A DNA stretch of 63,163 bases, counting the filler, from Vannella sp. (lineage: Eukaryota), in assembly GCA_023345925.1 (NCBI GenBank). It is 4 parts of 4 records of this genome, joined end to end, with 100 filler letters (N's around TTAATTAATTAA, not from the genome) between each part and the next. Parts side by side here need not be neighbours in the genome. Positions count along the whole stretch, not along the records: positions 1 to 17,999 come from JAJQQN010001204.1; positions 18,100 to 40,989 come from JAJQQN010000996.1; 2 more parts are not named here. The stretch is one strand, 5' to 3'. Below, in pieces: positions 12,965 to 23,869 of this stretch. Below the pieces are notes generated by a model. It was not told the DNA's origin, ran no database searches, and saw only the letters and a program-made list of their open reading frames with translations. Position 1 is the stretch's first letter; every line of letters begins with the position of its first letter. Made by a program: the position numbers and the translations under genes.

Positions 12965-13717
12965 ATGTTCGTCCGTGCTTCTGGCGTGTTGGCTGGTCGG
13001 TGTGTGTCAGGGTACTGTTCTTCTGCTGCTGCTAGTGCTGTGGAGGGAGGTGCAGGCAGTTCAACAACGAGGGCACCGTATCCTAACTACAAAGTAACGC
13101 TGCACTCAGTGAACGCCCCCAGGTCAAAACTGGACGCCGATCAACTTCCCTTGAAGGATCGAGTGGAGACCTCCTATCTGTTGGGAGAGACTGCTACTGC
13201 AGTTCGTTTGCTTCGTGATGCGATTGCTGATGGCCAGGAGACGGTCCCTTCAACCCTCTATGGACGGATTATTAGTACTTACGTTGCCCAGAAGCTGAAC
13301 GACTGCGCTGTGGATGTCTTTGACATCTTAAAGAAGACAAACACCCCTCCTGATGTTGCAACGTACACAGTTGCCCTTCAGGCGCTTGCCAACATCAATG
13401 CTGTGCGAAGCATCGAAGTTCTGTCTGAGATGAGCTCGCGCGGCTTGCGACCAGATGCTGCCACAATGGGAGACGTACTTCGCGGGTTGTGTGATGCTAA
13501 AGAGTTCGAGAAAGCTAAGCAGGCTGCAAGTATGACCGAGGCTTTAGGGTTTCCAGATACCAACCAGGTGAAGCATCTCTTCATTCGCGGGCTCTACCGT
13601 TCAACTGCACCTAAAGAAGATCTAGCTTCCGTTTTGAACGCTCTGATTCGCCCTGAGGTGACTCCTCAGCCAAAGGTGGATGAGCCTGGTCATGTCGAAG
13701 CTTCTCCTCAAGCTTAA
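12965..13717 (+). CDS. Pentatricopeptide repeat (PPR) protein, probably mitochondrial
   Basis: PPR motifs (PDVATYTVALQA; MSSRGLRPDAATMGDVLRGLC) and an Arg/Ser/Ala-rich presequence-like N-terminus. Intronless ORF. Confidence 0.8.
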   Translation: MFVRASGVLAGRCVSGYCSSAAASAVEGGAGSSTTRAPYPNYKVTLHSVNAPRSKLDADQLPLKDRVETSYLLGETATAVRLLRDAIADGQETVPSTLYGRIISTYVAQKLNDCAVDVFDILKKTNTPPDVATYTVALQALANINAVRSIEVLSEMSSRGLRPDAATMGDVLRGLCDAKEFEKAKQAASMTEALGFPDTNQVKHLFIRGLYRSTAPKEDLASVLNALIRPEVTPQPKVDEPGHVEASPQA

Positions 13718-13783
13718 GCTCAATACACGCACTGGAAACGAGCAAACGAAGTTTAATTGAACTATATGCACACCATAAGAGCA

Positions 13784-16540
13784 CTACACATCCTTCTGGA
13801 GGAAGGGGGACACCTCAAACAGGCGATGGAGGTACTCTGGATCAATCATCTCTTCAGGAAGGACTCCTTCGTGTAGTGTGGAGCTCATAATGAAGGAAGA
13901 ACGACTCATTCGATCGATAGGATTGATGTTCTGTTCGATGAGCGTCTCCATCAAGGAGCGATCAAACAGATGAGTGCACGCGATGACCACGTGGACCGAA
14001 CAGTCCTCAAACGAGAGCAGTCCTGACCGGGAAAGGGCGTCGAGAAGGTCAAAAGCTTGGTTCTTCTCCACGCGGAGGTCATCCGCTTGGAGAGTGCTCG
14101 TGGTTGGGTCAGAGATGACAGAACTTCGGAAGAGCTTCTTCCAGTCACTGGTAGAAGCTCGCAGGGTTGCAGCTCGCACCGCACCTTCAGGGTCTAGTAA
14201 ATCAAAAGCTCCGTCTAGCTTGGAGGGGACCAGGCTGACATTGAAGCCCTCTGACGGTTCGAGTTCTTCCTCATTCCGAACTTGGGCTTGACAGTCGCCC
14301 TTAGACTCCCTCTTTTCGCTTTGCTGTAGCTGTGAGTTTGACTGTTGGATGCCATCAGTAAGGCAACACTCATTGGCCCCCAATCCATCAAAGGTACTTT
14401 CAGTGTTCTTCATCTCCCCGTCGTACTTAATGATCCCTGTCATTCTAAAGGAGGAGCCTTTCCCTTTCTTCAGCTTGCGGGCTGGCTTTCTAAAGCTCTT
14501 CGAGGCATTGGACAAAGCGTCAGCCTGCTCATAAACACTCTCCAGGGAAAGTGGCTGTTCTTGTCTTTTCGCTCCCTTCCTAGCTTGTGCTTCCACACAA
14601 GACGTGTCAACTTGCTCCTGTTTCATAGTACTGATGACGTCACGCATCTCATCCACCAAGAAACGGACGCGGGCGACCTTGTCAGAAACTTGTGCGCTAG
14701 GAAGGCCATCGAAGGAGACCAGATCTGCGGGTACTTGGTACTGGATGAAGAGGTCTTGAAGGTCTTCTACCAGTTGGACTTCTTTCCTCAGACTCTCCTT
14801 GGGGAGGCCCAAGAGGCGCTCAATCTGGGGTTTGATCTGAATAATGGCAATGCCAAAGAGAGTGCTTTCTAGCTGCATCTGGCGGTAGGCAGACACAAAC
14901 GCGATTTGCTCTGGTGACATGGATTCAGTCGCTTTCCGGAAGGCCTGAGGAGTGGGAATCTCTTCAGCAAGGAGGGGAATGCACACTTCGATGTCTTTGC
15001 TCTTCATGATCATGGCGGACTGTGGCAGGAGACGGTCTGGACCAGCCATATTCCCTAACACAATGATGTAACTACTGAAGCGACCAGAGCGGGCCAAAAG
15101 CGACAGCGAGCTGACATTCGGCTCGAGTTGGGACGAAGAGAATCTGTGATTGATCCAACCGTGAAGAAAGACTGGTCCTATCAGACTTAACGTTGTGGAA
15201 GCGTCTAGAGAGACCTGTATCGGGGGAGAATCGCAAATTTCGCGTCTGAATGTCTGGATAGGAACCAGTTCTTCTCCCACCCGATTCTCGATACTTACGA
15301 CTCCCTCAGGGTGCTTCCCATCTTGCTGAACTGCATAAGTGAATCCTACGGGCTGATATTCACTTGTGAACATCTTTCGGAGGTGATAGTCCATGTACTG
15401 AGCAAAGTCTTCCGCCTTTAACTCTTTCCCGATGGCTGAAATCAACTGGCGGCGCAGCGTCTCTTCAATCAGCTGGATGTAAGCATAGTAGGACTCACAA
15501 ATACCACTGATGTGTTCCATAACCACGCTTATCTTGGCTGTGGCGAGGTTAATTAGACCTTTCGTCGGAGGAAAATGTTTGGCAAGCTCTGTGAGCTTGG
15601 CATCAAAGCTTCGCTTTTGCTCTTCAAAGAGCTTGTTTTGATATGCTTCGGGGAGGAGCACCCCTGACTGCTCAGGTTGTGGGGAGGTTGTGAAAAGAGG
15701 GACAATAGGGACGAAAACTTCCTGTGCGTGAATGCTAGAGAAGTCAAGCTCTTCTGGATGGCCAAACCTAAAGATTCGCTGGAAATAGCCCCCGATCTGC
15801 TGGGCCCAGACACTCAGGCTCCCTGAAAAGGTGATCATCTGCTCTGTTGAAGGATTGCGACGAGGTGTGCAGCATCCTGGCAGCGTGTGATCGATAGTGA
15901 ACTGAGGTTTTAAAGCGCTATCAAGGCGTAGAAGGAACCAGGTCAAGTTGATGGCGATTGGGGCGAGAACAATGTCCTTTGGGCAAGGGGGTGCGTCGTA
16001 ATTGGTGACAACTTGCCCTGAGATCTTGTTGCTCAACAGGAGAAGCTCGCTTTCCGTTCCTTCCATCCCCTTTCCTCCAGAGCGAACGGCAACGAGGCTG
16101 TAGTCGCTGGTAACTTGCCACAAGTACTCAGTCTGGGAAATGTTGCCAAACCGCTGAGCCAGAGTCGCTACGATGCCCCGGGGAGTGATCACATTGGTAA
16201 CGTGTTCGGTTGTGCTCTCTTTCTTATGTTTGCGAGACCCATTAGAGACACAGCGCTCGTGGGAGCGAAACTCGACCGAGACAGACGACGTAGCAACGAC
16301 CCACTCCCTCACAGTAGACAGTTTCTCTTGACTGAGACCAACCGAATCCAAGATATTGAGCAACGCACGCATAGTGGTGACTGAAAGTCTCTCCGCCAGC
16401 TCATACTTGTCGTCGTACCCATGAGCGACCTCCGAAGGAACCCTCAATGCCTCCGCCTGACTCCTTTCTAACACCCTCCTGACAACCTCCATAGCAGAGT
16501 CAATGCGCTGCTGAAAGCCACTCTCATGAACTGCCTCCAT
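13784..16540 (-). CDS. Uncharacterised 918-aa protein
   Basis: Long intronless ATG-initiated ORF with globular composition. No domain could be assigned by eye. Confidence 0.85.
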   Translation of the reverse strand: MEAVHESGFQQRIDSAMEVVRRVLERSQAEALRVPSEVAHGYDDKYELAERLSVTTMRALLNILDSVGLSQEKLSTVREWVVATSSVSVEFRSHERCVSNGSRKHKKESTTEHVTNVITPRGIVATLAQRFGNISQTEYLWQVTSDYSLVAVRSGGKGMEGTESELLLLSNKISGQVVTNYDAPPCPKDIVLAPIAINLTWFLLRLDSALKPQFTIDHTLPGCCTPRRNPSTEQMITFSGSLSVWAQQIGGYFQRIFRFGHPEELDFSSIHAQEVFVPIVPLFTTSPQPEQSGVLLPEAYQNKLFEEQKRSFDAKLTELAKHFPPTKGLINLATAKISVVMEHISGICESYYAYIQLIEETLRRQLISAIGKELKAEDFAQYMDYHLRKMFTSEYQPVGFTYAVQQDGKHPEGVVSIENRVGEELVPIQTFRREICDSPPIQVSLDASTTLSLIGPVFLHGWINHRFSSSQLEPNVSSLSLLARSGRFSSYIIVLGNMAGPDRLLPQSAMIMKSKDIEVCIPLLAEEIPTPQAFRKATESMSPEQIAFVSAYRQMQLESTLFGIAIIQIKPQIERLLGLPKESLRKEVQLVEDLQDLFIQYQVPADLVSFDGLPSAQVSDKVARVRFLVDEMRDVISTMKQEQVDTSCVEAQARKGAKRQEQPLSLESVYEQADALSNASKSFRKPARKLKKGKGSSFRMTGIIKYDGEMKNTESTFDGLGANECCLTDGIQQSNSQLQQSEKRESKGDCQAQVRNEEELEPSEGFNVSLVPSKLDGAFDLLDPEGAVRAATLRASTSDWKKLFRSSVISDPTTSTLQADDLRVEKNQAFDLLDALSRSGLLSFEDCSVHVVIACTHLFDRSLMETLIEQNINPIDRMSRSSFIMSSTLHEGVLPEEMIDPEYLHRLFEVSPFLQKDV

Positions 16541-16693
16541 CCAAAGGCTCAGCAGACGAATGGCATCGGGTCATAACAACATAATAATTGGCCAAATCAT
16601 AATGCCACAATAATGAACTGTTCGTCTTGGATTTGCAGATCTAATTCAGACTCTCTCGTTGTGATAATTTCATGGATTTTTATCATTCATTTG

Positions 16694-17515
16694 ATGGTGG
16701 GGTTGAAGCACTTGTTGGTTTGGGTGGGCCTCTTTGTAGCGAGCACTCTCGTGATTTATGTGGTTCTGGGTGGTCTCCCGGTAGATGAAGAGGTGGGATC
16801 TATTTGGAGCATCCTTCCACACAACTTGGATCAGCTGAAAAGGTTCCACGCCACTCTGGTGGCGTACACGACGCGGCATCGTGCTGAAGTCCTCTTCGCC
16901 TTTGGCTTAACCTACGTCTACAAGCAAGCCTTCTCGATTCCTGGATCAGTTCTCCTCAATCTCACTGCAGGTGCTCTATTTGACATGCAAGTGGCCTTCC
17001 CCATGTGCTGCGTCCTCTGCGCAGTCGGCGCCTCGGCTTGCTATTGGATGTCTAACTTCCTAGGACGGGATATCATTGTCTATTGGATGCCTCAGAAGCT
17101 GCATCTCATGCAGAGTAAGATCACTTCGCAGGAAATGGGACTTTTGCCGTACCTCATCTTCATTCGCTTGTTTCCCTTCACTCCCAACTCTTTCATCAAC
17201 CTGGCGTCTCCCTTACTCAACGTACCATACGTACCATTCGTGATCTCTGTCTTTATCGGGCTCATGCCTTACAACTTCATCACAATTCAAGCCGGCGATC
17301 TCGTGAACGAGTTGCACTCCACCAAGGACATCTTCTCCGTCTCTACCATTTGCAAGATGGTTGCCCTATCGATAGCCTTCCTCTCTGTATTCTTAGCAAA
17401 GAGATTCGTTGTACCAAGACTCCAATGGGTAAGGAAGTCTCTTTTTCTTCTCTTTGAACTCTCTTAACTCAAACAGGGATCCTTAGACAACCCCTCTCGC
17501 GCGAAGAAAGGATGA
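16694..17515 (+). CDS. TMEM41: TMEM41/VMP1/DedA (VTT domain) membrane protein, putative lipid scramblase
   Basis: Motifs YVYKQAFSIPGSVLLNLTAGALF and YLIFIRLFPFTPNSFINLASP. One 3' intron (~17429-17476), then GSLDNPSRAKKG*. Confidence 0.9.
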
Positions 17516-17999
17516 TTCTAAGTCAGTCACAAAAAAGGGAAATAGTGAGAATGCTGTTTTCCCAAAGTCCCCAAACTACTTTGCTGCTCCCAAGCACTGT
17601 TCCTTGGTGGATCCTCTGTGATATAAAGCAATCAGGCACATCCTCAAGAGCGTGTCTGCGATGTTGGTGGCGTAGTAGGTGGCGAGGGGCTCTTTCAAGA
17701 GCAGTGAGGCTGAGACAATGCCTTGGTATTCGATTTTGTTGTGCTGCGATCGTTCACGCTCGGCAAGCTTAGGCTTTAGCGTTCTCCCCCTTCACTCGTG
17801 GATTTTCTCCGAGGGTATTTCCCCAATCGGGTCCTTTGAAGCACCCAATACTCAAAAAATGAAATCGCCCTTGTCGAGACACTTGATGGACGGATTTGGG
17901 TCTTTGGAGAGAACCGCGATGGACAGCTTGGCTTAGGACACGAGAACGACGTGCTGGAAGCAACTCTTGTGTCCATTCCTGATCTCCCGCGAGGTCGAT

Positions 18000-18099
18000 N
18001 NNNNNNNNNNNNNNNNNNNNNNNNNNNNNNNNNNNNNNNNNNNTTAATTAATTAANNNNNNNNNNNNNNNNNNNNNNNNNNNNNNNNNNNNNNNNNNNN
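18000..18099. other. Assembly gap with artificial TTAATTAATTAA linker
   Basis: 44 N + TTAATTAATTAA (18044-18055) + 44 N. The linker gives stops in all six frames. Confidence 0.97.
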
Positions 18100-18762
18100 G
18101 ATATCATGAAGCGCCTCAACAAGCTTGGGAATGGTGGAGGGAGTCATATTTCCGTGCCCCAGTTGTCCGAAGGTGTTGGCCCCAGTCGTGTACACTTGGT
18201 TCTCGATGGAAAGGAAACATGTGTGAGAGTCCCCGCACTCTACAGAAGAGACTCGGAGGTTCCCGGGCATGATGAGCATCCGAGGAAGGGGCTAGTAAGA
18301 TGTCAACCCCAATTCTGGAAGGGATTGTGTGAAAGACTAACCAAAGTGGCATGATCGCCTCTACCAAGGCAACCAGACTCTCCCATACCCCACACGTAAA
18401 GTCTCCCACTTGCTGTGAGAAGAGTTAGCCCCATCTGAGCGAGGTTCAGCCGTTAACTTGACCAAACGGACTCACCCGTTACTGCTGCACTGTGCGTCCC
18501 TCCAACAGCTACATGAATGACACCTAATCTTGAGAGGTCTGCTAGTATCACAGGTCTCTTCACATTCTTCTTCTCGCCAGTACCAAGCTGAAGCGAACGT
18601 GAGCTCCCCCGAGGCTTCCAGGCTTCCATTGTCGCCACCTACCTGGCCCACAGTCCCACGACCCCACATCACAACATCATTCCCAAAGAGAGACGACGGA
18701 ATGGAGTCAAACTCCGCCCCAAAGGCTTGTTGAGCGATGTCCGTCTCCCCCGCCTCCTCCAT
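18100..18762 (-). CDS. RCC1-repeat protein, 5' part (truncated by gap)
   Basis: Spliced translation gives RCC1 repeats: WGRGTVGQLG, VAVGGTHSAAVT..GRLYVWGMGESGCLG, VECGDSHT...VYTTGANTFGQLGHG. Three introns. Confidence 0.88.
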
Positions 18763-18870
18763 TTGAAAAAAGTGACATTAAATTGACCCTACCTGACGAA
18801 TCAGCTTTAAATTTGACATTGAACCGAATTTTATCATTTTTTGGAGCTTTTGAGAGAGGAGGGTTGGGAG

Positions 18871-21268
18871 ATGCTCTGTCCCGTCTGTAAGAAGGAGATT
18901 CCTGTCTCGGGGAGTTCCTTGCATGTGAACCAGTGCTTGGACGCTGTGAATGGCGAGGAGAAGGGACAGGGGCAGAGGGTACTTGTGGAGAGTCGGCCTC
19001 GAGTGGAGTCCCGGACGGATAGTTCAGAGGCGAGTGGGTCGCTGGGCTCTCCGCCCAGGAGCTCCCTTGATGGTCTATGTTCAAGCACTGACTGTGATGT
19101 GGATGGATGGGTGGTTCTGGGGCTGCCTCCTACCATCAACAAGAAGAAGCCTCCTCGCCTCCGCACTCCCTTTGGCCTTCGAAACAAGATTAGGACGAAG
19201 ATAGAGTCATTCAAGTCATCCCCTGGAGACCGTGAGTGAGTCACATGCTTGCAATCTCGACCTGACATGGGAGTAGCCGAAGAGGAGTTTGTTTTTGTCA
19301 AAGAGCAAAGCTCCCTGCTGGAAGTGGTGTGGGACGGAACTCCTCATGTTGATGTATGTCAACTGGGTAGGTCTGTACTGGAGCCTGTTGAGTCATTCAA
19401 GGTAAGCAGCAACACCGAACGGCTCTTTTGCTCACAAGAACAGGAGCGGGCGGTTGTGTGGAGGCGCTTTCAGATGCCTCCTGCGCGCCCAGAGTTTATC
19501 AATCGTCTGAAGTATCTCATTCGAAAGGGAATCCCTTATTCTGACAGAATGGAGGCTTGGGCCATCATGGGACACTTACCAAAGTCCCTCTTTCTTGAAC
19601 CTGACCTCGCCAAAGATCTTTATTTGCAGGTAAAGAAAGAAGGAATCTCATCAGAACGCATGAGTTGACCCAACGGGCAGATCTTTGGGATGAATGTCCC
19701 AGAAAATGTCGTGAACGTTCCGAGTTTCTGTGGAGAGCTGAAGCTCGATTCTCATTTCCTGACTGATATTGGAGTGGGAGCTACAAAAAGAGTCCTCTGT
19801 GTACTGGCTACTCGCCATGTGCAGGTGGATTATTGCCCCGTTTTATGTGACTTGGGTGAGTGGAGGGAAGCTTGGCAACCAAAAGCAGGAGAAACTCATT
19901 CCCTTGGAGTGCCTATTCTTGTGAGCATTGTAGGTGAAGAAAATGCCATCCATATCGCCAGTTGGATGATCCGAGTGTCACTTCAAGAAGATCACTTTTT
20001 CTTCGGGTGTTCCCTCAAGCATTCTGCCGCCCAAACAGTGATCTTTGACCGTTTGGTGCAAAAGAAACTGAGCTCCCTGCATCAAGTAATGACCAAATTC
20101 CAAGTTTCTGTGGAGGAACTTGCTTCCAGATGGTTCCAGAGACTTTTTGTGGACTGCCTCCCTTACGATGCTGTCTTGCGAGTTTGCGACGCTTTTCTTG
20201 CTGAAGGTGGTTCATGGAGAGGGCCAATAAGAGTGTACTGATACTGTGGTAGGTCACATTATCTTGTATCGGGTCGGGCTGGCCATTCTCGAGAAGTCGG
20301 CGCCGATTCTGGTGTCTTCCACGAGCCAGGAGGAACTGAAAGAGCGACTCTCTATGGTTGGGTCTTACTTTACCGACCACAATCCTCTTATGCAGGTGCG
20401 GTTTGATGAAGACTGTCTGTTGAACGCACTCCTAACGACGAGAAGCTCGCCTTTCGGTACTTCCTAACGCAGCGGGGTTTGGATGCGTTACGAAGTACAA
20501 GCGAGGTTCTCGTCTCCGGCCTCCAAGAACCCCAATTCCAAGTGTATTATCGACCAAAGTTCCCTGTTTCCTCGATTGTCTCGACCTCGCAGGTATTTCA
20601 GTCCTTTTCCTTGCTTTCCTGTTCCACTCCCTCGAAGGGGGAGGTGCTCACAGAAAGTGCCAGTTTGAGGAGATTTACACTTGGCTGCCAAAGCGGTATC
20701 AAATCAAGGACCCGTTCCGCCTGTACTTGAGTACAGAAGACGGATTCAATCTGAGTACAATGGTGCATTTGAGTTACTCTCACTATCCCACTCTCTTGCT
20801 CTTGGAGACCACCAAAGGAGCAGTAAGATGCCACTTAGCCTTTCATAGAAGCTCATGGACTTCTTCGTAGTGCTTTGGGTGCTTTGTAACGGAGGAATGG
20901 CGCCAATGCGAGGACGAGTTCGGGGACAGTGACATGTTCGTGTTCACCGTTGCCCCCCAAATGGAGCGCTTTCAATCGCATCCTTTGGTCAACAAACAGT
21001 ACATTCGAGTCACTCAAAGGGGAGTGATTGTCGGCCAAGGGTAAGTCACCCGACTGCCTTCTTCCCTCCCTCCTTCCCTCTCTCCCAGCGGCAAGCCTTC
21101 CTCACCCCAAGCAGGGACCAAGGACCTGCATTGACTCTTGATGAAGACCTCTGGCACGGCAGTACGGCCCGCAGTGCCACGTTCAACAACCGCCCTCTCA
21201 ACAGCGAACCAGACTCCCCGGACATCGCCTTTGAGGTCAAGCAAGCAGAGCTATGGGGCTTCATGTAG
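18871..21268 (+). CDS. TBC1D24/Skywalker-like TBC + TLDc protein with an N-terminal UBZ-like zinc finger
   Basis: CPVC...LHVNQCLD finger; TBC (LIRKGIP..RMEAW; YCPV; RVCDAFLAEGHIILYRVGLAIL); TLDc (WLPKR..LYLSTEDGFNL..CFGCF..GPALTLDEDLWHGSTARSATFNN..ELWGF*). About eight short introns. Confidence 0.88.
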
Positions 21269-21433
21269 CTCCTACCAGAACCTCAACTTGCAGGAGCCTC
21301 TTAAGGAGAGCCCAGGAAGGGAGAACATGCTGAAGGTCCCTCCTCCTCCTTCTCTGGCCTTCCCTTGCTTTGGGGGCTCTCCAAATGAATCAAATAAGAG
21401 AGAAGGCAGTTGTCAGTGTGTTTGGGGTCGTCC

Positions 21434-22747
21434 ATGTGGCAAGGAGTTGGAAGAGGACGTGGGGCGGGAAGGAAAGTGGTTCAAAGCGTTCGTTGCTTCG
21501 CCATATCTCCTGTGGAGGTGATGGAAGCACAGCAACAGAAGCTGGAGCAAGAGCGCTTGCGGTTGGAGCGGTTGGCGCAGGAGCAGGGGAAGAAGATCGC
21601 CAAGGTGGAGCATTGTGAGTGGAGAAACCTCTCTTTTTCAGGCACTGATGGGTTGGCAGTGGATCCCAAAGGGCAGACTAAGCGCTGGTTCAAAAAGGTG
21701 ACTGTTGACGAGTTCAAAAGCAAGGGTGAGGAGGTGGCGCGCGAGTTTGGACGTTCCTTCTCCATTCTGACCGCTTCCTTTGGCTGTAGCGTGCAGATCC
21801 ATGACCTACCGTATCCTCTTGGATGACAGAATCATCCTTACACCAGAAGGAAAGCCTCTGTGGACACCCTCTGAAGTTCTCTCTCACGCTGTGGCAGCTG
21901 AATGGGACATGCAAGAGAAGACCATCACCCCTCACATGATGCCCTTGGTAGGTAGCTACACTTAACAACCAACTACTCACGAGCATTGTACAGATGGGGC
22001 TCTGCTGTACCACGTTAGATTCGGTCCCAGTCAAGCGGGATCACGCGATCTCCACCATTCTGGGCTACATCCTCACCGATACCTTGGCGTAGGTCGCTCT
22101 TTGGTGCTTATGGAACCTTCTCTTTGTAACTGTTCTCAGATATCGAGCCAAGAAGACCACTACTCGGCGTCTCTACGAAGATCAAGTCAAGTGAGTTTGC
22201 CCGCGCCCCCGTCAGGCAGTGGTCATGACATCAGAGGACAGATATCATGAGCCAGTAGTCGAGTGGATCCAGGAACGCTTCAACTGCAAGATCACGATCA
22301 TCCCTGAAGGTAGTTTCCGCGAGGCCGAGCAGCCCGACATTCTCTTTCAGAAGGCCCGCTGGATGCTCAATGAGATGACCGATTGGGAACTAGGTACGGC
22401 ACTATAGCGAGGAACAACCCAGAAACCTTCTAACGAGCTTGGGAAGCGGGATTCTATCAGATCACAGAAAACGCAAAGTCTTTCTTCCTGGCCATGGCTC
22501 TTTACGAGGACCAGATTGACGTTGATTGGGCGCTCAAGGCCAGTCGCGCAGAGGAGAACTTTCAAATCTCACAGTAAGTCCCCGCTGCTCCCCTCTCTCT
22601 CCTCCCAAGGGACAGCGCAAGTGAGTTAATGCACTTGGAAGGTTTGGTTTTGTGGAGTCCGAGCACGACGTGATCGAAGCCGACATCCGAACACGCTTAG
22701 GAGCTGCTGTCTTCCAATCCCGCTTGGTCAAGAACGTTCCCGTCTAA
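21434..22747 (+). CDS. ATP12: Mitochondrial F1-ATPase assembly chaperone ATP12/ATPAF2
   Basis: Spliced motifs KRWFKKVTV, ILLDDRIILTP, AVAAEWDMQ...PHMMPL, ASRAEENFQISQ.FGFVESEHD. Many ~45-60 nt introns. Confidence 0.9.
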
Positions 22748-22907
22748 CAAACCTTCCAAAACGCGCTTCTTTTGGGCGTATCTCTCTCTCTCTCCACTTG
22801 CTGGTTCAAAGAGTACTTTAATGGCATAGAAAAGGTCATTAGAAAGAGGATGAGATGCTCACGAGGGGCATCGTCCATGGGAGGAAGGAGTTCTAGTCAT
22901 TTGTAGG

Positions 22908-23852
22908 ATGAGTTTGGAGAGCGAAGTGGTTGTGGAGGCGTTTAAAGGTGTTCAAGACGCTATTTGCGACTTCTTGACCAACTCTACGGGACAGGTGTTC
23001 TTAGAGGATCCTTGGGAGTATGAGAAGGGACGAGGAGGCGGTCGCACGCGAGTGTTGGAGGCGAAAGGAGCCGCAGACGTGATCGAGAAGGGAGGAGTCA
23101 ACTTCTCGGCGATCGAGGGAGATACCCTTCCTCAAGCAGCCACATCCGCTCATAAACTACCAGGGGATGTTGGTTTCTTAGCCACTGGCGTGAGCATTGT
23201 ACTCCACCCCCACAATCCGCACGTTCCCACCATCCACATGAACGTGCGCTACTTTCTGACAGGAGACAAGTGGTGGTTTGGTGGAGGTATTGATCTTACA
23301 CCTTACTACCCCCAGAAACACCAAGTTATCGCCTTCCACAAGCTACTTCGCGAAGTTTGCCAGCGCCACGACCAGCCTTACGACACCTACAAGGCCACCT
23401 GCGACACGTACTTCTACCTACCTCATCGCAACGAGTCACGGGGTGTAGGTGGCATCTTCTTTGATCAGCTGAGCACCTCCACGTCGCCTTTAAGCGCTCA
23501 GGCGCTCCTCGACTTTGTATGCGACTTGGGGATGAGTTTTATCGAGCTTTACCGTCCCTTTGTGGAGCGTAACGTTACACTAACGTTCACAGAAGCTCAT
23601 CGCGAGTTCCAACTGATCAGGAGAGCTCGCTATGTTGAGTTCAACTTACTTTGGGACCGCGGCACCAAGTTTGGTATCGAATCGAACGGTCGGACGGAGT
23701 CTATTCTGATGTCTATGCCTGCCACTGCTATATGGAGGTACAACTACACCCCTGCACCGGGGTCTGAAGAGGAAAGCATCGTTCAGTTCTACTTCCAAGC
23801 CCAGGATTGGGTCCATCTGGAGGAAAGCAACGGATTGGAGGGTGCAGTTTAG
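22908..23852 (+). CDS. hemF: Oxygen-dependent coproporphyrinogen III oxidase
   Basis: Motifs IEKGGVNFS, HPHNPHVPTIHMNVRYF, WWFGGGIDLTP, RYVEFNLLWDRGTKFG, GRTESILMSMP. Intronless. Confidence 0.97.
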   Translation: MSLESEVVVEAFKGVQDAICDFLTNSTGQVFLEDPWEYEKGRGGGRTRVLEAKGAADVIEKGGVNFSAIEGDTLPQAATSAHKLPGDVGFLATGVSIVLHPHNPHVPTIHMNVRYFLTGDKWWFGGGIDLTPYYPQKHQVIAFHKLLREVCQRHDQPYDTYKATCDTYFYLPHRNESRGVGGIFFDQLSTSTSPLSAQALLDFVCDLGMSFIELYRPFVERNVTLTFTEAHREFQLIRRARYVEFNLLWDRGTKFGIESNGRTESILMSMPATAIWRYNYTPAPGSEEESIVQFYFQAQDWVHLEESNGLEGAV

Positions 23853-23869
23853 TTCCTCCTTACTTTCAA

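Noticed and set aside
18044..18055. Palindromic TTAATTAATTAA repeated three times in the window
   Set aside because: Always centred in a 100-nt N-run, so it is an artificial contig linker. Gene adjacency across these gaps should not be trusted.
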